DNA of 64,000 bases from Alphaproteobacteria bacterium (GTDB lineage: Bacteria; Pseudomonadota; Alphaproteobacteria; RS24), in assembly GCA_965658615.1 (NCBI GenBank), contig CBFHSX010000004.1, forward strand, positions 5,263 through 69,262, read 5' to 3'. Below the pieces are notes generated by a model. That model was not told the DNA's origin and did not search any database. It worked only from the letters and a program-made list of their open reading frames with translations. The translations under genes were made by a program, and so were the position numbers. Of the stretch, positions 44,787 through 54,549 are shown in pieces (within the stretch, counting starts at the first letter, position 1; each line of letters starts with the position of its first letter).

Positions 44787-44875
44787 AAAGCGCCCCTGCA
44801 CGCTTAAATTCAATTATCGGCCTTGTTTCTAGGCCTTGCAACCGACATATTAGTCTCTCAATCAGGAGAGATATT

Positions 44876-46300
44876 GTGAGCCACGACCCGAAAGACCTAT
44901 TCTTCAACCAAGCCGGACTGGACCTCGAGCAAACCCACGCGTTTACCGAGCAGGCTCTGGCGGCGGCCGATGATGGCGAGCTATATCTCGAATACACGCT
45001 GTCCGAGGCGTTTTCATTTGACGATAACCGGTTGAAAGCGGCGAGCTTTGACACGGCGCATGGCTTTGGCCTGCGGGCGGTGAAAGGCGAAGCGGTCGGC
45101 TTTGCCCATGCAACCGACCTTTCCATGCCGGCGCTGACACGCGCCAGCGCCAGCCTGTCGCCGGTTTTGTCCGGCCATTCGGGCAATTGGGCAGCCGCAC
45201 CGGCTTTGGGAGGCAGCGCGCTGTATATGGCCGATAACCCGCTGGATGGCGCTGAATTTACCGATAAAGTAAAATTGCTGGAAGAGATTAACGCCTATGC
45301 CCGCGCCAAGGATAATCGTGTGCGGCAGGTCTCCGTATCGCTTTCAGGCGAGTGGCAGGCCGTGTGTATTGTGCGCCCCGATACCGGCCCGCTTTTTGAT
45401 GTGCGGCCTTTGGTGCGCCTCGATGTATCGCTGGTGGTCGGCGAAGGGGAGCGGCAGGAAACAGGCCATTCCGGCCGTGGCGGTCGCGCCAATTACGCGC
45501 AATGGTTGGCACCGGAAAACTGGCAGGCGCAGGTCAATAATGCGCTGAAGCAGGCCGTGACCAATCTCGATTCGATTCCCGCCCCGGCCGGTGAAATGGA
45601 TGTGGTGCTGGGCCCGGGCTGGCCGGGCATTTTGCTACACGAAGCCGTCGGCCATGGTCTGGAGGGTGATTTCAACCGCAAAAAGACATCCGCCTTTTCC
45701 GACCGCATCGGCGAACGCGTCGCCTCACCGGGGGTCACCGTGATCGATGACGGCACCATTCCCGATCGCCGTGGCTCGCTGACCATTGATGATGAGGGCA
45801 CGCCAAGTTCAAAAACCGTGCTTATCGAGGACGGGATTTTGAAAGGCTATATGCAAGATCGGCTGAATGCGCGACTAATGGGCATGGCCCCGACCGGCAA
45901 TGGGCGGCGCGAAAGCTATAATTGCCAACCCATGCCGCGCATGACCAACACTTATATGCTGGGCGGCAATCATGAGCCTGAAGAAATTTTGAGCTCGGTG
46001 AAAAACGGCATTTACGCAACCGCTTTTGGCGGCGGGCAAGTCGATATTACCAGTGGCAAGTTTGTTTTCTCGTGCACGGAAGCGTTTGAAATCAAAGACG
46101 GCAAGCTGGGCGCACCGCTGAAAGGCGCAACGCTGATCGGCACCGGCCCGGAATCCATGCAGCGCATTTCAATGATCGGCAATGATATGCAGCTCGATGA
46201 AGGCATTGGCACATGCGGCAAAGCCGGCCAAGGCGTGCCGGTCGGCGTCGGCCAACCGAGCCTAAGAATAGACGGCCTGACGGTTGGAGGGACAGGCTAA
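44876..46300 (+). CDS. tldD: Metalloprotease TldD
   Basis: GFGLRAVKGE, HEAVGHGLEGDFNRK, GNGRRESY, PRMTNT, CGKAGQGVPVGVGQP; GTG start with AGGAG. Confidence 0.97.
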   Translation: MSHDPKDLFFNQAGLDLEQTHAFTEQALAAADDGELYLEYTLSEAFSFDDNRLKAASFDTAHGFGLRAVKGEAVGFAHATDLSMPALTRASASLSPVLSGHSGNWAAAPALGGSALYMADNPLDGAEFTDKVKLLEEINAYARAKDNRVRQVSVSLSGEWQAVCIVRPDTGPLFDVRPLVRLDVSLVVGEGERQETGHSGRGGRANYAQWLAPENWQAQVNNALKQAVTNLDSIPAPAGEMDVVLGPGWPGILLHEAVGHGLEGDFNRKKTSAFSDRIGERVASPGVTVIDDGTIPDRRGSLTIDDEGTPSSKTVLIEDGILKGYMQDRLNARLMGMAPTGNGRRESYNCQPMPRMTNTYMLGGNHEPEEILSSVKNGIYATAFGGGQVDITSGKFVFSCTEAFEIKDGKLGAPLKGATLIGTGPESMQRISMIGNDMQLDEGIGTCGKAGQGVPVGVGQPSLRIDGLTVGGTG

Positions 46301-46346
46301 GCGCCTGCAAGCGAAGTGGTTTGGCGCAGTCAAACCACGCAGACGC
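46301..46346. repeat. Bulged hairpin (REP-like) after tldD
   Basis: 8-bp stem GTGGTTTG/CAAACCAC, loop GCGCAGT, GAA bulge, outer GCGCCT/AGACGC; no U-tract. Confidence 0.5.
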
Positions 46347-46452
46347 AGCAAGCCCTCCATCTGCTCATGAAGATATGCTAAACCTTGGGGCAAGACCGGC
46401 GTGCCGCCTGCACATAGAGATGGGCGTGCCGGAAAAGTAAGAGACTTGTTGC

Positions 46453-46971
46453 ATGCATTTCATCACCCAACGCCTCATTAACCCGCAGCACCCGCAGCAT
46501 TTCGGCAGCGTGGTGGTTCTCGGCTGGCTGCTGGCCTTTGCGGCCGTATTTCCGACCGTCATTTACCCCAATCATCTGATTGGTACGCTGGCCGGTTTTG
46601 TCACGCTCGCCGCGCCGCTATCAGCGCAGATTTATAGCCTGCGCGCGCTGCTGCCTTTGCGCCGAGATAGAAAATGGATGGCCAATATGATGGCCGCTCT
46701 ATGGACACTGAGCTATATCCCCGCCGCCTTTTTATGTCTGAGTTTTGCGCGCTGGCAGGAGGCGATGCACCTGCCCTTGAGCGGTGCGGTGCTGGCGCTT
46801 TTGAGTTTCGGCCTGCTATTCCCCGGCCTCGCGCCGTTTTTCGCTTATGCGATAAACACGAAATTTATCCGCCCGCATGAGGGGCCTATCCGGCTCACGG
46901 TCGCCGGCCTCCTATTTATTGTCGCTTGGGTGCTGGCCGGTGTCACCGCCGAAATCATCGCTTCGGTTTAA
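46453..46971 (+). CDS. Hypothetical integral membrane protein (about 5 TM)
   Basis: 172-aa hydrophobic ORF filling the tldD-gshA gap; no family motif recognised. Confidence 0.7.
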   Translation: MHFITQRLINPQHPQHFGSVVVLGWLLAFAAVFPTVIYPNHLIGTLAGFVTLAAPLSAQIYSLRALLPLRRDRKWMANMMAALWTLSYIPAAFLCLSFARWQEAMHLPLSGAVLALLSFGLLFPGLAPFFAYAINTKFIRPHEGPIRLTVAGLLFIVAWVLAGVTAEIIASV

Positions 46972-46973
46972 CG

Positions 46974-48338
46974 CTAAAATGCCAGCTCTTTATAAATGCG
47001 GGTGATATCGCCGCCCCATGCGGTGCGGTATCTGTCAACCAGTCGCGCCGCCGGGCTTTGGCCGTCAGCGATAATTTGCTGCAAATAGGCCAAGAAAACC
47101 GTCTCATCGCCGCCTGCGCCATCGCCGCGGGCGCGGTTTTTCAGCCCTTGTTCGGCCATGACCAGAACATCACGCGCCATATCCAAAAGCGTGCCATTGC
47201 GGAACGGCGTGTCCAGCCCCTGCAGCGGCACTTGCCGGCGAAGCGCGTCGCGCTCTTCTTGCGTCCAATCGGCGATGTAAGCCGCCGCTTGGCTTTGCGT
47301 CGCAGCATCGTAGAGCAGCCCGACCCAAAAAGCGGGCAGCGCGCAAAGCGATGACCACGGGCCGCTATCGGCACCACGCATTTCGATAAACCGCTTCACT
47401 CGGGCTTCGGGAAATAGCGTGGTCAAATGGTCTTCCCAATCATTTTCGGTCGGCAATTCGCCCGGCAGAGCCGGTAATTTGCCGTCGAGAAAATCGCGGA
47501 AGCTCATGCCCAGCGTGTTGACGAATTGGCCATCGCGCATGATGAAATACATCGGAACATCGAGCGCATAATCAACATATTGTTCAAAACCGAAGCCCTC
47601 GTCGAAAACGAAAGGCAGCATGCCGGTGCGCGCGCCATCCGTATCCAGCCAAATCGCTGAACGCTCGGATACGCGGCCGGTCGGCTGGCCATCCTTGAAC
47701 GGCGAATTGGCAAATAGCGCCGTCGCCAAGGGTTGCAGCGCCAGCGCGATGCGCAGCTTTTCGACCATATCGGCCTCCGAGCCGAAATCGAGATTGACCT
47801 GGACCGTGGCGGTCAAATACATCATTTCCAGCCCGCGCGTGCCCTGTTTGGGCATGTATTTATTCATCAGCAGATAACGCCCTTTGGGCATTTGCGGCGC
47901 TTCGTCCAGCCCCCAAGCGGGCGCATAACCAAGCCCCATATAAGACTGGCCAAGCTCTTGCGCGACGGCTTGCACTTCTTTCAAATGGCCGGATACTTCG
48001 GCGCAGGTCTGATGGATATTCTCCAAAGGCGCGCCCGACAATTCCAATTGCCCGGCCGGCTCCAGCGTCACCGAGCCGCCGCCCTGCGCCGCGTCGCGCA
48101 CCAGCCCGACCAGTGTCTCACCTTCATATTTGCCCTGCCAGCCAAACCGCATCAGCCCGCTCAGCATGGCGTGAATACCGTCCGGCCCGTCATAGGGCAG
48201 CGGCGTCATATCCTTGCTGCGATAGCCGAATTTTTCATGCTCTGTGCCGATGCGCCATTGCTCGACCGGTTTGCACCCGGCTTCCATCCAGCGTTTCAAA
48301 TCATCGGGGCTGTGCATGAGGGCCGGCGCGTCAGACAT
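46974..48338 (-). CDS. gshA: Glutamate-cysteine ligase (alphaproteobacterial/plant-type)
   Basis: IGTEHEKF, TLEPAGQLELSG, MPKGRY, VQVNLD, FANSPF, FPEARVKRFIEMRGAD. Confidence 0.95.
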   Translation of the reverse strand: MSDAPALMHSPDDLKRWMEAGCKPVEQWRIGTEHEKFGYRSKDMTPLPYDGPDGIHAMLSGLMRFGWQGKYEGETLVGLVRDAAQGGGSVTLEPAGQLELSGAPLENIHQTCAEVSGHLKEVQAVAQELGQSYMGLGYAPAWGLDEAPQMPKGRYLLMNKYMPKQGTRGLEMMYLTATVQVNLDFGSEADMVEKLRIALALQPLATALFANSPFKDGQPTGRVSERSAIWLDTDGARTGMLPFVFDEGFGFEQYVDYALDVPMYFIMRDGQFVNTLGMSFRDFLDGKLPALPGELPTENDWEDHLTTLFPEARVKRFIEMRGADSGPWSSLCALPAFWVGLLYDAATQSQAAAYIADWTQEERDALRRQVPLQGLDTPFRNGTLLDMARDVLVMAEQGLKNRARGDGAGGDETVFLAYLQQIIADGQSPAARLVDRYRTAWGGDITRIYKELAF

Positions 48339-48423
48339 GTGTGATCTCCTGCACGCGCAACATGCGACGTGGTGTGCTCAGAATGTAGTGCTGTTTAAGG
48401 CAAACGACAAGGCGGGGCAATGG

Positions 48424-49161
48424 TTACCAATCACCCAATTGCGCTTGCAGGCGCGCCAATGCCGCCACAACGGCCGTATCCGTCCGCAGGATGCGCGGGC
48501 CAAGCGTCAGGCTGTGCGTATCGTCGCGCGCTTTCAGCGCAGCGCGTTCAGCGGCGTCAAAGCCTCCCTCCGGGCCGATCAGAAGCGCCAATTTATGGCC
48601 GTTCAGCTTGGCCATATCGAGCCGCGCTTCGGGCCCGGCTTCTTCGTCGCAAAAGATAATCTGTCGGTCGGGCGGAAAATCGGCCAACACATCGCTGAGA
48701 CGTTGCGGCGCCGCGAGGTGCGGCAGGCTCATAATATTGCACTGCTCGGCCGCCTCAATAATATTGGCGGCAAGCTTGTCCAGCTTTATATGTTTGCCGC
48801 CCTGTGTGCGCGCCGTCATCACAGGCACAAGCCGTCCGACCCCCATTTCGGTTGCTTTTTGCGCCAGATAATCGAGCCGGTCCTTTTTCACAGGCGCGAC
48901 CAGCAGCCAAATATCGCCGGCCGCATCCTGAGGGCGGGTCTGTGTCTCGAGTCTCAGGCACACTTGTTTCTTGCCGACCGTCTCCAGCCTGCCGCGCCAT
49001 TCGCCATCGCGCCCGTTAAAGACAAGCAGCGGCGCGCCGACCGCCAGCCGCAGCACATTGCGGATATAATGCGCCTGCTTGGCGTCCATCTCAACCAGAC
49101 CTTTGGCGGTCAAATCGGCAGCGACATGAAGGCGCTGGACTGTCGCATCGGCTCGTGCCAT
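48424..49161 (-). CDS. rsmE: 16S rRNA m3U1498 methyltransferase
   Basis: HYIRNVLRL, QKATEMGV, IGPEGGF, LGPRILR; start refined to ATG 49161. Confidence 0.95.
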   Translation of the reverse strand: MARADATVQRLHVAADLTAKGLVEMDAKQAHYIRNVLRLAVGAPLLVFNGRDGEWRGRLETVGKKQVCLRLETQTRPQDAAGDIWLLVAPVKKDRLDYLAQKATEMGVGRLVPVMTARTQGGKHIKLDKLAANIIEAAEQCNIMSLPHLAAPQRLSDVLADFPPDRQIIFCDEEAGPEARLDMAKLNGHKLALLIGPEGGFDAAERAALKARDDTHSLTLGPRILRTDTAVVAALARLQAQLGDW

Positions 49162-49214
49162 GTCATACTCCACACTACTCACACGCTTGTGCCATGAAAG
49201 GGCCATTGGTTTCA

Positions 49215-50150
49215 ATGCCGCAGCAGGATGAAAACGCACCGCAAATGGCGCCGCAGGATACGCAAGGCGCGAATCTGCTGCTGCGCCTGACACCAAAGCG
49301 TTTTCTGCCTTTCGCGCAATTGGCGCGGCTCGACCGACCGATCGGCACATGGCTTTTATTCTGGCCGTGTTTTTGGGGCATGGCTCTGGCACTGGCCGGC
49401 GCGGGCAACTATCCGCCGCTTGTTTTTGTGGCACTGTTCGGTATCGGTTCCATCGTCATGCGCGGCGCCGGATGCACATTTAATGATATTGCCGATCGCG
49501 ATATTGATGCAATGGTCGAGCGCACTGCCTTGCGCCCGCTGCCCTCGGGGCGCGTCAGCGTTTTGGGCGCATGGGGATTTTTGCTCCTGCAGGCCTTTAT
49601 CGGCCTCATCATATTGCTGCAATTTAACTGGCTGACGATCGGGCTGGGCTTTGCTTCATTGGGGCTGGTGGCGCTTTATCCGTTTATGAAGCGGGTCACT
49701 TATTGGCCGCAATTTTTCCTCGGCCTGACCTTTAATTGGGGGGCGCTGGTCGGCTATACGGCGATTGCCGGACAAATCGATGCGGCGGCATTGGTGCTTT
49801 ATGCGGCGGGCCTTTTTTGGACACTGGGATATGATACGATTTATGCGCATCAAGACCGCGAAGACGATGCGCTGATCGGTGTGCGCAGCACCGCCCTTTT
49901 GTTTGGCAGCCACACCAAAACCGCCTTGCTGTTCTTTTATGGGGCCAGCCTCACCTGTCTGGCCATTGCCGGCTTTTTGGCGCAGCTTTCCATCCTGTTT
50001 TGGCCGGGGCTGGGGGTCGCCGCCTTTCATCTGCTGATGCAAATCACGCGGCTCAATATTGACGATGGCGCGCGCTGTCTGGCATTGTTTCGCAGCAATC
50101 GCGACACCGGCCTGATTATTGCCGGCGCGCTACTGCTCGGCGTTTATTAG
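49215..50150 (+). CDS. ubiA: 4-hydroxybenzoate polyprenyltransferase
   Basis: ARLDRPIGTWLL, MRGAGCTFNDIADRDID, RPLPSG, YDTIYAHQDREDD. Confidence 0.97.
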   Translation: MPQQDENAPQMAPQDTQGANLLLRLTPKRFLPFAQLARLDRPIGTWLLFWPCFWGMALALAGAGNYPPLVFVALFGIGSIVMRGAGCTFNDIADRDIDAMVERTALRPLPSGRVSVLGAWGFLLLQAFIGLIILLQFNWLTIGLGFASLGLVALYPFMKRVTYWPQFFLGLTFNWGALVGYTAIAGQIDAAALVLYAAGLFWTLGYDTIYAHQDREDDALIGVRSTALLFGSHTKTALLFFYGASLTCLAIAGFLAQLSILFWPGLGVAAFHLLMQITRLNIDDGARCLALFRSNRDTGLIIAGALLLGVY

Positions 50151-50213
50151 GCCAAAACGTCGCCCCGCATGGATGGGGGTGTAACTTGGCGCAAAAAGGC
50201 TTATGTTACCGGC

Positions 50214-51263
50214 ATGGATATGACAGACACGCTTCCGAAAAAGCTGCGCTATCAGGCGCGCGAGATTGTGCGCGACGATAAGGTTTTGGCCAAATTGCAA
50301 TCGCGCTCCGACCTTATCGGCTTGGCCCTTATCGCGCATGGCTGGGGCATGATATTCGGTGCCATGGCGCTGTTTTATGTGTTTCCCAATCCGCTGACTT
50401 TTATACTGGCGATCATGATTATCGGCGCGCGCCAATTGGGCCTCGCCGTTTTAATGCATGATGCGGCGCATAATGCGCTGTTCAAAACGCTGTCTTGGAA
50501 CAATTCATTGGCCGATTGGCTCTGCGCTTATCCGCTCATGGCGCGCACCGACGCCTATCGCCGTTATCATTTGGTGCATCATACGCGCACCCAGCAAGAT
50601 GACGATCCCGACCTTATCTTGTCGAAACCGTTTCCGATTACGCGCAAAAGCCTGCGCCGCAAAATCATCCGCGACCTGACCGGCCAGACCGGTTATCAGC
50701 AAAGAAAAGCGCAAATCATCAATGCGCTGGGCAAAAAAGAGCTTGGATTTTTCGGCCGCGTGAAGCATTTCAATCAAAAGCTCGGCGCGGCGATTGTGAC
50801 CAATCTTGTTATTCTCGGCATTTGCAGCGCGCTGTTTCATTGGTCTTATTATCTGATGTTCTGGCTGCTGCCTTTCCTGACCTGGCACATGGCGATTACG
50901 CGGCTGCGCAATATTGCCGAACACGCTATTGTGCCTGACAATAATGATGCTTTCCGTTCCTCACGCACCACCAAAACAAGCTGGCTCGACCGCCTCGTCA
51001 TCGCCCCCTATTGGGTCAATTATCATGTCGAGCACCATCTGATTATGCATGTGCCATGCTATCGCCTGCCGCTATTTCACAAATATCTCAAAAAGCAGGG
51101 GCTTGAGGCGCGTATGGAAACGGCCGAGAGCTATTGGGAAGTGCTGCGCCGCGCCACCGCACGCCCGAACGACGAAGACAAGCCCGGCAATGTCGTCCAT
51201 AATGGCCGTAACCGCCTGAAGGGCACTTTCACCGACGGTTTCGAAGAAACCCCCACCGCCTAG
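50214..51263 (+). CDS. Membrane fatty acid desaturase/hydroxylase superfamily protein
   Basis: His boxes HDAAH, HLVHH, HVEHH plus TM segments; start 50214 or 50220. Confidence 0.88.
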   Translation: MDMTDTLPKKLRYQAREIVRDDKVLAKLQSRSDLIGLALIAHGWGMIFGAMALFYVFPNPLTFILAIMIIGARQLGLAVLMHDAAHNALFKTLSWNNSLADWLCAYPLMARTDAYRRYHLVHHTRTQQDDDPDLILSKPFPITRKSLRRKIIRDLTGQTGYQQRKAQIINALGKKELGFFGRVKHFNQKLGAAIVTNLVILGICSALFHWSYYLMFWLLPFLTWHMAITRLRNIAEHAIVPDNNDAFRSSRTTKTSWLDRLVIAPYWVNYHVEHHLIMHVPCYRLPLFHKYLKKQGLEARMETAESYWEVLRRATARPNDEDKPGNVVHNGRNRLKGTFTDGFEETPTA

Positions 51264-51278
51264 AAAACTGGAAATACC

Positions 51279-52616
51279 ATGTCTGATGCCAATCTCGATC
51301 TGGCACAAAAACTTATCGCGTTAACGCTCGCCGCCGGGGCCGATGCGGCCGACACAATTGTCAGCGACAGCGCCTCTTTGAGCCTTTCATGCCGCATGGG
51401 CGAATTGGAGGATTGCGAGCGCGCCGAAAGCCGCGATGTCGGCTTGCGCGCCATGATCGGACAAAAACAGGCCTTTGTCTCCGGCTCAGCCGTCGATGAA
51501 GCAGCGCTTAAGAAATTGGCACAACGCGCCGTCGATATGGCGCAAGCCACGCCCGAAGATCGCTATTGCGGCTTTGCCCCGAAAGACCGTCTGGCCACTG
51601 ACCTGCCCGATTTGGATATTGCCGACCCGCATGAGCCCAGCGCCGATGACCTTCTGGCTATGGCGCAGGCCTGCGAAGCCGCCGCGCGCAGCGTTGACGG
51701 CATCACCAATTCAGAGGGTGCCGGTGCCGGTTGGGGGCAAGCCACCACCGCATTGGCAACCAGTGACGGCTTTGCCGGTGCCTATACCAGCACCAGCTTT
51801 TCGGTCAGCTGCGCCGTGATTGGCGGCGAAGGCGACGCGATGGAGCGCGATTATGCCAGCCATTCGGCGCGCTATCTTGAAGACCTCGACGCGCCCGAAG
51901 CCATTGGCCACCGCGCCGGTACGCGCACGATTGAGCGCCTCAACCCGCGCAAAATCGAAAGCACCAAGGCCAATGTGGTGTATCACCCGCGCGTTTCGGC
52001 CTCGCTGCTCGGCCATTTGGCGGGCGCCATCACCGGCACCTCAATTGCGCGCGGCACGTCTTTTTTGCGCGATGAGATGGGCAAGCAAATCATGAGCAAC
52101 GCCATTACTGTTTGCGACGACCCGCTTATGCCGCGCGGCCTGCGCTCGGCGGGATTTGACGGCGAGGGTGTCGCTACCGGCAAATTGACGCCTGTCGAGG
52201 ACGGCGTCCTGCAATGCTGGTTTCTGGACAGTTCATCGGCCCGCCAGCTTGAACTGGAAACAAATGGCCGCGCCGCGCGCGGTGCCGGTGGCCCGCCCGG
52301 CCCGTCGCCGACCAATTTATACATGCAGGCCGGTAATGTCTCGGTAGCCGATATGCTGAAGCAAATCGACACCGGCTTTTATGTTACCGAACTTATCGGC
52401 ATGGGCGTTAATGGCGTAACCGGCGATTACAGTCGCGGCGCGTCGGGCTTTTGGATCGAGGGCGGCGAGATCGCCTATCCGGTCAGCGAGATCACCATCG
52501 CCTCAAATTTAAAAGACATGTTCATGCATATGACCCCGGCTGATGATCTGCAATTCCGCCGTGGCGTTAACGCGCCGACCGTTTTGGTCGAGGGCATGTC
52601 GCTGGCCGGGCTGTAA
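51279..52616 (+). CDS. pmbA: PmbA/TldE metalloprotease subunit
   Basis: DDPLMPRGLRSAGFDGEG, GVNGVTGDYSRGASGFWIEGG, YPVSEITIA; lacks HExxH. Confidence 0.95.
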   Translation: MSDANLDLAQKLIALTLAAGADAADTIVSDSASLSLSCRMGELEDCERAESRDVGLRAMIGQKQAFVSGSAVDEAALKKLAQRAVDMAQATPEDRYCGFAPKDRLATDLPDLDIADPHEPSADDLLAMAQACEAAARSVDGITNSEGAGAGWGQATTALATSDGFAGAYTSTSFSVSCAVIGGEGDAMERDYASHSARYLEDLDAPEAIGHRAGTRTIERLNPRKIESTKANVVYHPRVSASLLGHLAGAITGTSIARGTSFLRDEMGKQIMSNAITVCDDPLMPRGLRSAGFDGEGVATGKLTPVEDGVLQCWFLDSSSARQLELETNGRAARGAGGPPGPSPTNLYMQAGNVSVADMLKQIDTGFYVTELIGMGVNGVTGDYSRGASGFWIEGGEIAYPVSEITIASNLKDMFMHMTPADDLQFRRGVNAPTVLVEGMSLAGL

Positions 52617-52710
52617 GCCCCCCTCTTTAAAAGCCAAATAGGAAGACGCGCCGAAAAATGGCCATAATGTGCTATAAATTCGAATCTGAGGGATTGAAAA
52701 GAGGGCAATT

Positions 52711-54549
52711 GTGAGCCAACACGCCGCCGAGAGTGACGCAATCGACGTCACGCATAATCAGCGCCATGATGTGCAAGCGCGCTATCAGGCGCGCCGCTCG
52801 CGCTCCATCGCCCTCATTGAGCGCATGCTGCGCAGCTATCTGCGCCCCTATTTATGGCTGCTCGGCCTGTCGATCCTGGCCAATGTGATTATCGCCGCCA
52901 CAACAGGTGCCCTGCCCTGGTTTATCCAGCAGGCGATTGATGAGGTGTTCACCGAGAAAAACGAGACCATGCTGCTGCTCATTCCGGCCGGTGTGGTGGC
53001 CATATCGCTGGTTAAGGGACTGGCGACTTATGGCTCCAATGTGATTATGAATTTTGTCGGCCAACGCTCGACCGCCAATTTGCAGCGCGACTTATTTGCC
53101 CGTCTGGTGCATGGCGATTTGGCTTATGTGTCGTCGCAACATACCGGTGCCTATATTTCGATTTTCATGAATGATGCGACGCGCTTGCGCGACACGGTCT
53201 CCAATATCATCATCGCACTGGTGCGGCATTTGCTGACCATTATCGCGCTGATTGCTTTCATGTTTACGATTAACTGGCATTTGGCACTGATTTACACAAT
53301 CATCGTTGTGCCCATGGGTATCTCTTCGATGCGGCGGCTGGGGCGTGTCACCCGCACCGCCTCGCGCCAAAGCCTTGAGGAAACCGGCGGGCTGTCAACA
53401 TTGATTGCCGAGACACTGGGGGGCTTGCGTATCGTCAAAGCCTATGGGCAAGAGCGTGACCAGATTGCCCGCGCCGGCTCCACCATTGACCGTGTGCTCG
53501 AATTTACCATGCGCGCCATACGCGCCCGCGCCGCCGCCAGCCCCGCCATTGAGGCACTGGCCGGTGTCGCTGTCGGGGCGATTATCTTTGTCGGTGGCTA
53601 TCAATCCATGCAGGGTAATTTGACGGCGGGTGAATTTATGGGCTTCATCACGGCGCTGCTGGCGGTCTATCAACCGCTCCGCTCGGTCGCCAATATGCAG
53701 ACCATTTTGCAAGAGGGTGTCTCAGCCGGTACGCGCGTCTTTGCCATTCTCGACCAGCATGATGCGGTGGTCGATGCGCGTGACGCCAAAACCCTCAAGG
53801 TTAACCGGGCCAGCCTGCGCTTCGACAATGTCGTCTTCCGATATGAAGGGCGTAACTTGCCCGCGCTGAACGGCGTCAGTATTGACGCGCCCGCCGGCCA
53901 GACCATTGCGCTGGTCGGTGCCTCGGGTTCGGGCAAATCCACGCTTTTGAATTTGGTGCTGCGGTTTTTCGATGCCAATACGGGCCGGATTGAAATTGAC
54001 GGGCAGGATATTCGCGCCGTAACCTTGGAAAGCCTGCGCGCCGCCACGGCTTTGGTGACGCAAGACCCGTTTTTGTTCGACGACACAATCGCCAATAATA
54101 TCGCCTATGGCACACCCGATGCGACGCACGCCGATATTGAGCAAGCGGCGCGGCAAGCAGCGGCCCATGAGTTTATCACGGCCATGCCCGAGGGCTATGA
54201 AACCCGCGTCGGTGAGAGCGGCTTGCGCCTGTCGGGCGGTCAAAAGCAGCGCATTGCCATTGCCCGCGCCATGTTGAAGGACGCGCCCATCCTGCTGCTC
54301 GACGAAGCCACTTCGGCGCTCGATACAGCATCGGAACAAAAAGTGCAGCAAGCGCTCAACGTGCTGATGCAGGGCCGCACCTCGCTGGTCATCGCGCATC
54401 GGCTGTCAACCATTATGCACGCCGACCGCATTTTCGTTATGCGGGAGGGCCAAGTGGTGGAAGACGGCAAGCACGATGATTTGTTGGCGCAAGGCGGCGT
54501 TTACGCCGATCTCTATGACAAGCAATTCAGCAATGAGGCCGGTGGATGA
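52711..54549 (+). CDS. msbA: Lipid A-core flippase MsbA-like ABC transporter
   Basis: 6-TM domain plus GASGSGKST, LSGGQKQR, LLLDEATSALD, IAHRLST; upstream of waaA-lpxK. Confidence 0.88.
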   Translation: MSQHAAESDAIDVTHNQRHDVQARYQARRSRSIALIERMLRSYLRPYLWLLGLSILANVIIAATTGALPWFIQQAIDEVFTEKNETMLLLIPAGVVAISLVKGLATYGSNVIMNFVGQRSTANLQRDLFARLVHGDLAYVSSQHTGAYISIFMNDATRLRDTVSNIIIALVRHLLTIIALIAFMFTINWHLALIYTIIVVPMGISSMRRLGRVTRTASRQSLEETGGLSTLIAETLGGLRIVKAYGQERDQIARAGSTIDRVLEFTMRAIRARAAASPAIEALAGVAVGAIIFVGGYQSMQGNLTAGEFMGFITALLAVYQPLRSVANMQTILQEGVSAGTRVFAILDQHDAVVDARDAKTLKVNRASLRFDNVVFRYEGRNLPALNGVSIDAPAGQTIALVGASGSGKSTLLNLVLRFFDANTGRIEIDGQDIRAVTLESLRAATALVTQDPFLFDDTIANNIAYGTPDATHADIEQAARQAAAHEFITAMPEGYETRVGESGLRLSGGQKQRIAIARAMLKDAPILLLDEATSALDTASEQKVQQALNVLMQGRTSLVIAHRLSTIMHADRIFVMREGQVVEDGKHDDLLAQGGVYADLYDKQFSNEAGG

